From assembly GCA_963727485.1 (NCBI GenBank), contig CAVSGM010000011.1, positions 320,001 to 384,000 of the forward strand: 64,000 nt of DNA, given 5' to 3'. The notes under the pieces were generated by a model that saw only the letters and a list, made by a program, of their open reading frames with translations, was not told where the DNA came from and ran no database searches. Of this stretch, positions 10,490 through 19,400 are shown piece after piece (the first letter of the stretch is position 1; every line of letters begins with the position of its first letter). The translations under genes and the position numbers were made by a program. This DNA is from an uncultured delta proteobacterium. Lineage in GTDB: Bacteria > Myxococcota > Myxococcia > SLRQ01.

Positions 10490-11280
10490 GCCGGCGCGCA
10501 CGTCACCTGGCCGGGGTCCTCGCCGTGGCCCTCGCCGGCGCCGCCCCCGTGGCGAGCTTCGCCGACGCCGGGGCCGGCCCCCCCAAGACCCGGGCCGAGG
10601 CGGAGCTCCTCTTCCGCCAGGGCAACGACGCCTTCCTCGCCAAGCACTACGACGCCGCCCTCACCGACTACCAGCGCCTGGTCGACGCGGGCTTCGGCAC
10701 CGGCGACGTCTACTTCAACCTGGGCAACGCCGCCCTCAAGGCGGGGAAGCTCGGCGAGTCGGTCCTCGCCTACGAGCGGGCACTGCGCCAGGATCCGGGC
10801 GACGACGACGCCCGGGCGAACCTCGCCCTGGCCCGGAAGCACAACGTCGACAAGGTCGTCGGCGGAGGCAGCGGGCCGCCGTTCCTCGCGCGCCTGGCCC
10901 GGGTGCTGCCCCCCGGACCGGTGACCGTGGCCTTCGGGGTGGCCTGGGGCCTGCTCTTCCTCGGTCTCCTCGGCCTCCGGCTCGTCCGGGGCCGGCGCCT
11001 CCTGCTCTCGTTGGTCGCCGCCCTCGGCCTCTTGGGGTCGGTGGCCGCCGGGGGGCTCCTCGCCGACGTGGCCTGGTACCGGGACCACGTGGTGGAGGCG
11101 GTGGTGATGGACCCGGTGATCCCCGTGCGCAAGGGACCGGCGCCCCGGTTCGAGACCGCCTTCGAGCTCCACGAGGGCTTCGAGGTGCGCCTCCTCGGCC
11201 ACGACGGGCCCTACGTGCAGGTCCGCCTCGCCAACGGCCTCGAGGGCTGGGTGCTCCGGCGGAGCCTGAAGACCATCTAG
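10486..11280 (+). CDS. batE: BatE-like TPR + SH3 protein
   Basis: Signal peptide, TPR (YFNLGNAALKAGKLGESVLAYERAL), two TM helices, SH3b-like end (FELHEGFEV...NGLEGWV). Confidence 0.85.
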   Translation: MSRRARHLAGVLAVALAGAAPVASFADAGAGPPKTRAEAELLFRQGNDAFLAKHYDAALTDYQRLVDAGFGTGDVYFNLGNAALKAGKLGESVLAYERALRQDPGDDDARANLALARKHNVDKVVGGGSGPPFLARLARVLPPGPVTVAFGVAWGLLFLGLLGLRLVRGRRLLLSLVAALGLLGSVAAGGLLADVAWYRDHVVEAVVMDPVIPVRKGPAPRFETAFELHEGFEVRLLGHDGPYVQVRLANGLEGWVLRRSLKTI

Positions 11281-11484
11281 GGCCCGGGTCGAGGCGATCG
11301 CCCCCGCTACCACCCATACCCACCTGCGTAGCCAGGGTGGCAGGGTGGATCCCATCGTCGCACATGCGTCCAGATCCTGGACGGACCCCGGGGAGGGCAC
11401 GCCCTTGCCTCTGCCCATCGAGCCCCTAGCGTTTACGCGGAGTTGAGGGGGATCGACGGCGCCGTGGCGGGGTCGGCACGTCAG

Positions 11485-11501
11485 CTGGCCCGGGCCTTGC
11501 C
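11485..11501 (+). promoter_or_regulatory. Putative sigma54 (-24/-12) promoter of the lytic transglycosylase gene
   Basis: CTGGCCCGGGCCTTGCC: TGGC...TTGC with exact GG-N10-GC spacing, about 47 bp before the ATG. Confidence 0.55.
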
Positions 11502-11547
11502 TATCGGCGACGCCAGAGTGGCGCTGCGCGCGCCGCCGGAGGCAGCC

Positions 11548-12156
11548 ATGCGGTACCAGTCCATCGTCGCCATCGCACTCGCCGTCGCCCTCGCGCCCCT
11601 CGCGGCGCGGGCCGAGGTCGATCCCCCGCCGGGGCTCCTCGACCGGGACGTGGCCATCGAGCGCATCTTCCTCGAGCTCGCCGGCAACACCCACGGCTTC
11701 ACCAACGACGAGGAGTGGCGCCTGGCGGGCACCGTCTACGACGCCGCCCAGGCCAGCGACGTCGACCCGTTCATGGTCCTGGCCGTGATCCGGGTGGAGA
11801 GCACCTTCAAGCGCGGCCAGCGCAGCTCCGTGGGCGCCCTGGGCCTGATGCAGGTGCGTCCCGGGACCGCCCGGGCCATGGCCAAGGTGGCCGGGGTCCA
11901 CTGGCGCGGCCGCCACACCCTGCTCCATCCCGCCGACAACATCCGCCTCGGCACCGCCTACCTGGCGCGCCTGCTGCGGCGCTTCCACGGGAACGCCACC
12001 CTGGCGCTGACCGCCTACTGCCACGGCCCCACCGAGGTGCGGCGGATGATCCGGGGTCACCGCCTCGACGGGAGCGCCCTGCGCTACGCCCGGAAGGTGA
12101 AGGCCTTCTGGCACCGCTACCGCGAAGGCCTCTCCAGCGGCCGGCCGGTGTCCTGA
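11548..12156 (+). CDS. Secreted lytic transglycosylase (SLT domain)
   Basis: GGAGG RBS, signal peptide (ARA-E), VIRVESTF (catalytic Glu), SSVGALGLMQV, NIRLGTAYL, ALTAYCHGP. Confidence 0.9.
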   Translation: MRYQSIVAIALAVALAPLAARAEVDPPPGLLDRDVAIERIFLELAGNTHGFTNDEEWRLAGTVYDAAQASDVDPFMVLAVIRVESTFKRGQRSSVGALGLMQVRPGTARAMAKVAGVHWRGRHTLLHPADNIRLGTAYLARLLRRFHGNATLALTAYCHGPTEVRRMIRGHRLDGSALRYARKVKAFWHRYREGLSSGRPVS

Positions 12157-12243
12157 CGCGGGCGCCCGGGCGCCCCTTGGCGCCGGGTCCGGGTGGGCCG
12201 CCGGGTCCACCGGGACCCGCCTCGCGGTGAGGGCCCCGCCGCC

Positions 12244-12279
12244 AACGAAGACGCCGCGTCCCCGAGGGGGCGCGGCGTC
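12244..12279 (-). terminator. GC-rich hairpin between the convergent slt and gdh genes; probable gdh terminator
   Basis: GACGCCGCG...CGCGGCGTC inverted repeat (12250-12279), followed by TTCGTT on the minus strand. Confidence 0.55.
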
Positions 12280-12336
12280 GTGCGTCGGGGGTCCGGCGGC
12301 GGCTTCGTGCCCCGGCCGGATCCGGCGTGGCGGCGA

Positions 12337-13614
12337 TCAGGGGAAGAGGCCGCGGGTGGTCATGGCCTGGGAGAGCCGGCGGAAGGCCAGGCGCATGGCC
12401 GCGGTCCGCATGTCCAGCTTCTCCTCCTGGTGCACCTGGACGATCTCCCCGAAGGCCTTGTGCATGATCCGGTAGAGGCGCCGGTTGATCTCCTTGGCGG
12501 ACCAGAAGAAGTTCTGGAGCCCCTGGACCCACTCGAAGTAGCTGACGGTGACGCCGCCGGCGTTGGCGAAGACGTCGGGGAGGACGAAGACGTCGTCGCG
12601 CTCCCGGAGGACCTTGTCGCCGCTGCTGGTGACCGGGCCGTTGGCGCCCTCGGCGAGGATCCGGCACTTGACCTGCGCCGCGACCTTGTCGTCGATGACA
12701 CCGGAGACCGCGGCGGGCACCAACAGGTCGCAGGGCAGGAGGAGGATCTCCTCGTTGGAGATCGCCTCGGCCTCGGGGTAGCCCTCGAGGGTGCCGTGCT
12801 TGTTCATCCACCGGCGGACCTCGGGGATGTCGAGGCCGTTCTCGTTGTGGAGGCCGCCACCGACGTCGGAGACCGCGGTGACCTTCACCCCCATCTTGAA
12901 GAGCTTGCGGGCGGCGTTCATGCCCACGTTGCCGAAGCCCTGGACCACGGCGACGCTCCCGTCACCAAACGGCATCTCCAGGTACTTGGCGGCCTCCATG
13001 GCGGCGTAGACCACGCCGCGGCCGGTGGCCTGGAAGCGCCCGAGCGAGCCGCCGACGCTCACCGGCTTGCCGGTGACCACCGAGGGGACCGCGTGGCCCT
13101 TGACCTGGGAGTAGGTGTCCATGATCCACGCCATCACCTGCTCGTTGGTGCCCATGTCGGGCGCCGGGATGTCCGAGTCGGGGCCGATGTCGTTGATGAT
13201 CTCGGTGGTGAACCGGCGGGTGAGGCGCTGGAGCTCGCTGCGCGAGAGGGTGCCGGGCACGCACCGGACCCCGCCCTTGGCGCCGCCGAGCGGCAGGCCC
13301 ACCAGGGCGCACTTCATGGTCATCAGCATCGCCAGCGCCGTGACCTCGCCGAGGTTCACGTCGGGGGCGTAGCGCAGGCCGCCCTTGAAGGGGCCGCGGG
13401 TGTTGTTGTGCTGCACCCGGTAGCCGTGGAAGTTCTCCACCCGCCCGTCGTCCATCCGCACCGGGAAGGTCACGATGACCGCCCGGTCGGGGTAGGTGAG
13501 ACGGTGCAGGACGTTGGGATCGAGGCCCATGAGGGACCCGGTCCGTTGAAAGAGGTCGACGGTGTTCTGGTAGAGCGGGCTGTCCCATTCCATTTGCATG
13601 GTGGCGTTCTCCAC
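12337..13614 (-). CDS. gdhA: Glu/Leu/Phe/Val dehydrogenase (glutamate dehydrogenase)
   Basis: GPFKGGLRY, LPLGGAKGG, DIPAPDMGT, ATGRGV, VQGFGNVG, EGANGP, NAGGVTVSYFEWVQ. Confidence 0.95.
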   Translation of the reverse strand: MENATMQMEWDSPLYQNTVDLFQRTGSLMGLDPNVLHRLTYPDRAVIVTFPVRMDDGRVENFHGYRVQHNNTRGPFKGGLRYAPDVNLGEVTALAMLMTMKCALVGLPLGGAKGGVRCVPGTLSRSELQRLTRRFTTEIINDIGPDSDIPAPDMGTNEQVMAWIMDTYSQVKGHAVPSVVTGKPVSVGGSLGRFQATGRGVVYAAMEAAKYLEMPFGDGSVAVVQGFGNVGMNAARKLFKMGVKVTAVSDVGGGLHNENGLDIPEVRRWMNKHGTLEGYPEAEAISNEEILLLPCDLLVPAAVSGVIDDKVAAQVKCRILAEGANGPVTSSGDKVLRERDDVFVLPDVFANAGGVTVSYFEWVQGLQNFFWSAKEINRRLYRIMHKAFGEIVQVHQEEKLDMRTAAMRLAFRRLSQAMTTRGLFP

Positions 13615-13691
13615 GACTGGTTCCCTTGAGGGGTCTGGCGCGCCTCTTACACCCTCACCGATCCGCCCTCAAGCCGCGCTGCGTAAGAGTT

Positions 13692-14477
13692 TCAGGTCGG
13701 TTCGTGTCCCACCGCCCACTCGAGCTGGCGCACCAGGGCGAGGAGCAGGCGCCCGTCCCGGGCGGTGGGCCGGGCACGCACCAGGAGGCGCTCGAGCTCG
13801 GCGAGGACCCGGTCCGGTTGCTGGGGGTTGAGGTAGCCGGCGGCGAGGCCCAGGGCCCGGGCCCGGTCCCGGAGCCGGGCGAGGTCCGCGGGGGCGAGGG
13901 GCGCCGCGTCCGGGTCCGCCTCCGCGCCGCCCGGGGCCTCTCCCGGAGGTCCGGCCGCGCCGGCCGGGGGGCGCCCCCGCTCCCGGGCGAGGCGCGCCAG
14001 CTCCCAGGCGTGGAGCAGCACCGCCATCGCCAGGTTCATGGATGGGGCCCGGCGGTCGGTGGGGACGTGGGAGACGAGGTGGGCCCGGTCGAGGACGGCC
14101 CGGGGGAGCCCCTGCTTCTCGTCGCCGAAGAGCAGGGCGACCTCGATGCCCGCCGAGGCCGCGTCGATCATCGCCTCCGCCGCCTCGGTGGGATCGACGT
14201 GGGGCTGGTCGGCCCGGGGCCGGCCGGTGGTGGCCACCACCAGGGCGAAGCGGTCGAGGACCAGGTCCAGGGACGGCGCCACCTCGGCCTGAGCCAGGTA
14301 GGGGCCCGCCTCGGCGGCGATGCGCCGCGCCCGGGTGAGGTCGAAGCCCGCGGGGTCGGCGAGGCAGAGGCGCCGGAGGCCGAGGTTCGCCAGGGCCCGC
14401 ACCGTGGACCCGACGTTCTCCGGGGTCCGGGTCCGGTGGAGGACCACCGTCACCCGGTCGAGGGGGGCACCGCTCAC
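13692..14477 (-). CDS. SPOUT tRNA/rRNA methyltransferase (TrmJ/LasT family)
   Basis: VVLHRTRTPENVGSTVRALANLG, ALLFGDEKQGL, SMNLAMAV. Confidence 0.88.
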   Translation of the reverse strand: MSGAPLDRVTVVLHRTRTPENVGSTVRALANLGLRRLCLADPAGFDLTRARRIAAEAGPYLAQAEVAPSLDLVLDRFALVVATTGRPRADQPHVDPTEAAEAMIDAASAGIEVALLFGDEKQGLPRAVLDRAHLVSHVPTDRRAPSMNLAMAVLLHAWELARLARERGRPPAGAAGPPGEAPGGAEADPDAAPLAPADLARLRDRARALGLAAGYLNPQQPDRVLAELERLLVRARPTARDGRLLLALVRQLEWAVGHEPT

Positions 14478-14968
14478 GCGTCGTCCTTCGCGTCCTCGTA
14501 GGCGATGTCGAGGATGGTGACCTCGGTGGGGCCGTTGGGCCGGCGGAACGCCACCGTGTCCCCCTCACGCTTGCCCAGGATCGCCCGGGCCAGGGGGGCC
14601 TCGACGCTGATGAGCCCCCGGCCGGCGTCGACCTCGTCGGGGCCGACGATGCGCCACTTGTGCGCCTCGCCCTCCTCGTCCTCGAGGGTCACCCAGGCGC
14701 CGAAGAACACCCGCCCCTGCTGGCTCGCCTCGTGGCGGACCACGGTGAGCCGGTCGAGGAGCCCGGTGAGGAAGCGGATCCGGCGGTCGATCTCCCGGAG
14801 GCGCTTCTTCCCGTAGATGTACTCGGCGTTCTCCGAGCGGTCCCCGTGGGCGGCGGCGGTGGCCACCTCGTCGACCATGTGGGGGCGCTGCACCTGCCAC
14901 AGGTCGTCGAACTCGGCGGCCAGGCGCTGGTAGCCCTCGGGGGTGATGTAGCGCTTGCCCTTCGCCAT
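14474..14968 (-). CDS. greB: Transcription elongation factor GreB
   Basis: YITPEGYQRL, AAAHGDRSENAEYIYGKKRLREIDRRIRFL, VFFGAWV, ISVEAPLARA. Confidence 0.95.
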   Translation of the reverse strand: MAKGKRYITPEGYQRLAAEFDDLWQVQRPHMVDEVATAAAHGDRSENAEYIYGKKRLREIDRRIRFLTGLLDRLTVVRHEASQQGRVFFGAWVTLEDEEGEAHKWRIVGPDEVDAGRGLISVEAPLARAILGKREGDTVAFRRPNGPTEVTILDIAYEDAKDDA

Positions 14969-15046
14969 CGGGGCCAGGGTCGTGCGAGGCGCCGGCGGGG
15001 TCAAGGGGGGCCACGCGTCGCGGCGCGCACCCGGCGCGACATCCGC

Positions 15047-15271
15047 CTACACCCGGCCGACGTCGCCTCCGGGGCGCTCGAAGCCGTGGCAGGAGATCAC
15101 CGGCTGGCTCGGGTAGCGCGGGAGGTCGGGGTGGGTGCAGAGCACGAAGGTGCTCCCCCGGGTGTTCTCCACCAGCCGGGGGAAGCGGCACCGGCCACAG
15201 AGCCCGCCCCGGGCGGCGAGGCCCAGGGCCAGCCGCGTCTCGGCCTCGGTGCGCCGAGGCCGGCCGGTCAC
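15047..15271 (-). CDS. Small Cys-containing hypothetical protein (possible metal-binding)
   Basis: GTG overlaps the pdxH stop (GTGA). 74 aa: GLCGRC...GSTFVLC...LPRYPSQPVISC. Confidence 0.6.
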   Translation of the reverse strand: MTGRPRRTEAETRLALGLAARGGLCGRCRFPRLVENTRGSTFVLCTHPDLPRYPSQPVISCHGFERPGGDVGRV

Positions 15272-15864
15272 GGGAAGAGGCGCTCCTTGTGCCACCCCTC
15301 GGGCCCCCGGCGGTAGCGCTCGCGCCGGTGGAGGCGCGCCGGGCGGTTCTCCCAGAGCTCGATGGACTCGGGCACCACCCGGACCCCGGACCAGTGGGGC
15401 GGTCGGGGGACGTCGGCGCCCTCGAAGCGCTCGGTCTCGGCGACGACCCGCGCCGCGAGGATCTCCTCGCCCTCGACCGGCCGGGACTGGTCGGAGGCCC
15501 AGGCGCCCACCTGGCTCTCCCGGGGCCGGCTCGACCAGTAGGCGTCGGCCTCGGCGTCGGAGACCTGCTCGGCCAAACCCTCGATCCGGACCTGCCACCC
15601 GAGCTCGCGCCACCAGAAGCACAGGGCCGCGTGGGGGTTGGCCCGGAGCTGGCCGCCCTTGTCCGACTCGAGGTTGGTGTAGAAGACCAGGCCCCGGGCG
15701 TCGATGCCCCGGCAGAGCACCACCCGGGCCGAGGGGCGGCCCTGGGCGTCGGCGGTGGCCAGGGTCATGGCGCTGGGCTCGTAGACCCCGGCCTCCCGGG
15801 CCTGGTCGATGAGGGCCTCGAGGCGCTGGAGCGCCTGGCGGTAGAGGGGGTCGACGTCGCTCAC
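15268..15864 (-). CDS. pdxH: Pyridoxine/pyridoxamine 5'-phosphate oxidase
   Basis: AMTLATA...PSARVVL, FYTNLESDKG, QVRIEG, SRPRESQVGAWASDQS, RPPHWSG, RLHRRERY, ERLFP. Confidence 0.95.
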   Translation of the reverse strand: MSDVDPLYRQALQRLEALIDQAREAGVYEPSAMTLATADAQGRPSARVVLCRGIDARGLVFYTNLESDKGGQLRANPHAALCFWWRELGWQVRIEGLAEQVSDAEADAYWSSRPRESQVGAWASDQSRPVEGEEILAARVVAETERFEGADVPRPPHWSGVRVVPESIELWENRPARLHRRERYRRGPEGWHKERLFP

Positions 15865-16472
15865 GAAGCGCCTCGGTCGGTCGGGCCCCCCCGGGGGTGG
15901 GCCTGGAAGCGGCGCATCGTCCCGTTCGCCCGGTGGGTGTCGGGCTCGATCTCGAAGCCCGACTCGGTGACGATGCGCTCGGTGTCGCGGTTGGGGTGGC
16001 AGCCGCCGGTGATGAAGGTCCACGCCGGCTGGTAGAGGTCCTGCCACCGCGCCCAGAGGCGCCGGTGGTCGCGGACGTGCTCGATCATCCGCAGGCGCCC
16101 GCCCGCGGCGAGGACCCGGGCGAGCTCCCGGAAGCCCCGGTGGGGGTCGGGGACGCTGCAGAACACCAGGCTGGAGACCACGGTGTCGAAGGCCCCGTCC
16201 CGGAAGGGCAGGTGCTCGGCGCTGGCGCGGACCAGGGGGACGTTCGGGGCCCGGCGCCGGGCCTTGCGGAGGTTCTGGGGGTGGGGGTCCACGGCGACCA
16301 GCCGCACCTCCTCACCGTAGCGGGGGAGGTTGCGTCCGGTGCCGCAGCCCACCTCCAGCGTCCGACCCCGGGCGCCGCCGGTGAGCCAGCCACGCCACCG
16401 CTCGAAGCCGAGGTGGTCGGTGAAGAAGAAGAACCCGTCGTAGAGCCAGGGGATCTGCTCGGCGCCGCGCAT
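15861..16472 (-). CDS. Class I SAM-dependent methyltransferase
   Basis: LEVGCGTGRN, SAEHLPFRDGAFDTVVSSLVFCSV, GGCHPNRDT. Confidence 0.9.
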   Translation of the reverse strand: MRGAEQIPWLYDGFFFFTDHLGFERWRGWLTGGARGRTLEVGCGTGRNLPRYGEEVRLVAVDPHPQNLRKARRRAPNVPLVRASAEHLPFRDGAFDTVVSSLVFCSVPDPHRGFRELARVLAAGGRLRMIEHVRDHRRLWARWQDLYQPAWTFITGGCHPNRDTERIVTESGFEIEPDTHRANGTMRRFQAHPRGGPTDRGAS

Positions 16473-16484
16473 GGAGAAGGGAAT

Positions 16485-19400
16485 CTAGGCCCGTCGGCGC
16501 CGGCGCAAGCCCAGGAGCAGGAGCAGGCCGCCGAGGACGAAGGCGCCGGCGCCGGGGCTCCCCGAGGAGGCGCTGCACCCGCAGCCGGGGGTGCCCCCGC
16601 CGCCCCCGGGCTTGGGCGCCTCGGGGACCTTGCGGCTCTCCAGGGGCGTCACCCAGTTCCCGGTGGCCCCCGGGTCGTGGTGGAAGCCCGACCACTGGAT
16701 GTCCTTGACCGAGCCCTTCGTGTGCCAGGCAAAGAGCCAGCCGTCCCGGGTCGGCACCACCACGTCGGTCTTGCCGTCGCCGTCGAGATCCCCGAGGGCC
16801 GCGGTGGCGAGGATCCAGCCGCCGGTGTGCTTGGGCCAGCCGGCGGGCTCGATGCCGTCGAGGGGGAAGGCGTGGAGCAGGTAGCCCCCGGAGCCGGCGA
16901 TGGCCTCGGCCTTCCCGTCGCCGTCGACGTCGCCGCCGGCGTAGTTGTCGAGGAGCTGGAGGTCCTCGGTGACCCGCGGCCAGGCCGGGAGGAAGTCGCC
17001 GGTGCCGTCGAGGGACCAGGCGCCCACCAGCTGGTCGAAGTCGTGGCGGACGCCGCCGGAGATGCCCCCGAGGGCCGCGGCGGTCAGCGCTCCGTCGACG
17101 TACTCGGGGAACCCGTCGCCGTCGAGGTCGATGAGGGCCCCGGAGTTCACGCTCATCAGCGCCAGGGAGCCGGTGGAGTTGGTGTTGGCCCCGAAGGGCG
17201 CCTCCTTGCCCGAGAACTGCCGGGTCCCGTTGGCGCCGTAGACCCCGAAGGTGCTCGCGGTGCCGTGGAGGATCGCCTCCTCGCCCGGGAGCCCGTCGAC
17301 GTCGACCAGGGCCGGGGACGCCGGGACCCCACGGCCGATGAAGGGCAGGATGCTCCCGTAGCAGCACAGCTTCACCGGCCACCCGGGGAGGTAGGGGCCG
17401 CCGGCGTGGGCGTTGCCGTCGCCCCACACCGCGTAGGCCCGGGAGGTGTCGCCGAGGCCGTCCCCGTAGTCCTCGTCGGAGCCCAGGACAATCTCGGCGC
17501 CCCCGTCACCCTTGAGGTCGCCCACCGCCGGGGTGGAGATGAGGCGGGCGCGCATCCGCTCCAGGGTGCCCTTGACCTTGGTGCCCCCGGGCTGGGTGAT
17601 CTCCACGGGGAAGCCGGCGTGGGGCGTGCCGTCGCCGTTGAACGCGTAGAGGTAGCCGTCCATCCCCGCGGCGATGATCTCCGGCCTCCCGTCGCCGTCG
17701 AGGTCCGCGAGGACCGGCGAGGAGAGGAAGCCGTGGTCGAGGATGTGGATGTCCTCGGTGGGGTTGGCGGTGGTGCTGTCGGCGCCGGGCCGGTAGCCCC
17801 GCCACTGGTCGTTCGCCGGATCGAGGCCCACCGGGAAGCCGGGGACCACCGCGCCGTCGGCGTGGAAGGCCCAGATCTTGCCGCCCATGGTCGAGGCCAC
17901 GACCTCCGGGTGCCCGTCGCCGTCGAGGTCGCCCACCGCGACGGTGGCGATCATGGCGGCGTGGAAGTCGCCGAGGGCCTTGAAGCCCGGGGCGTCGGGG
18001 TGGCTGGCCACACCCGGAGCGGTCTCCACGTGCACCGGCCAGCCGGAGAGCTCCGAGCCGTCGGCCTCGTAGGCGTGGACGGTGCCGTCGGAGAGGCCGA
18101 GGACGATCTCGTCCTTGCCGTCGCCGTTGAGGTCGGCGAGGCGCGGGGAGCTCTCGCCGGAGCTGCCCAGGTAGAGGGGGAAGCCCTTGAAGAGCTGGTC
18201 GTCCCGGTGGACGAAGAAGGGCTTGCGGTACTCACCGGTCACCGGCTGCCCGCTGGGATCGGTGGCGGTGACGCGGAGGCGCACGGTCACCTGGAACTGG
18301 GCGGGGCTGGTCGGCGGGCCGCTCCAGGCGTCGAACTGGGAGAGGTCCACGGTGGCCAGCGTCCCGTCCACCGGCCCCGAGAGGCCGGTCTTCTTCGCCA
18401 CCTGGGTGAAGTCCGAGGGCTTGGGATCGACCCCGGGGGCGATCTCCACGGTGTAGTCGAAGGTCCCGGCGTACCGGGCCGCCGCCGCGTGGCCCTTCAC
18501 CACCAGGGGCTGGGTCGGGCTCACGGTCTGGAACCACAGGGGCGCGGTGATCAGCGCCTCCGGGGGGATGTGGTCGTCGCGGATCATCTGGACCGCCCGC
18601 CGGGCGTCGTTGCGCCCGTAGCCGAAGAAGCGGTCGAAGCCCTGGTGGCTGGGGAACTTGGTGGGGTCGGTGGCCGAGCCCACCACGTCGACGTCGTCGG
18701 CCGACTGGGTCATCAGCTGGTAGGCCTCGTTCGCCGAGAGCGGCGGCGAGAGGCCGACCTTCTTCGCCATGGAGTAGACCAGGCCCGCCTCGCCGGCGCT
18801 GATGCCCGTGGCCTCGGAGGAGCAGGCCTCGCCGGGGGTGCGCAGCACCACGTGGGGCCCGTAGTTGCTGCAGTTGTTGAAGTTCTGGAAGGTGGTGGCC
18901 TGGGTCCAGGGCTTCTTGTCGTAGACCATGGCGCCGACCTCGAGGGTGCGCTCGGCGCTGCCGGGGAAGTTGTGGTGGTAGCTGCGCTCGTCGGCGGCGC
19001 TGGCGACCACCAGGACCCCGTGGTCGTAGGCGTAGTCGATGGCGTCCTGCATGAACCGGTTCTGGTCCAGGGCGCCGAGGGCCTCCTGGATCACCGAGGC
19101 GCCATTGTCGGTGGCGTAGATGGCGGCCTCGGCGAAGTGGTTCACGTCGGCGACGAAGGAGTCGCTGGCCCGCAGGGGCAGGATGGTGCACCGGGGGCAG
19201 ACGCCGATGCCGCCGATGCCGTTGTTCCCCTGGGCGGCGCTGTCCCGGGCCTCGCCGGTGCCGTGGCTGTAGCCCTCGCCGCCGTTCTTCGCCTGGTCGT
19301 AGGGGTCGTTGTCGTCGTGGAAGAAGTCCCAGCCGCAGATGTCGTCGACGTAGCCGTTGCCGTCGTCGTCCTTCCCGTCGCTGAAGATCTGGATGAGGTC

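Noticed and set aside
11395..11410. Second sigma54-like motif GGGCACGCCCTTGC upstream of the slt gene
   Set aside because: Spacing between GGCAC and TTGC is one base short of consensus.
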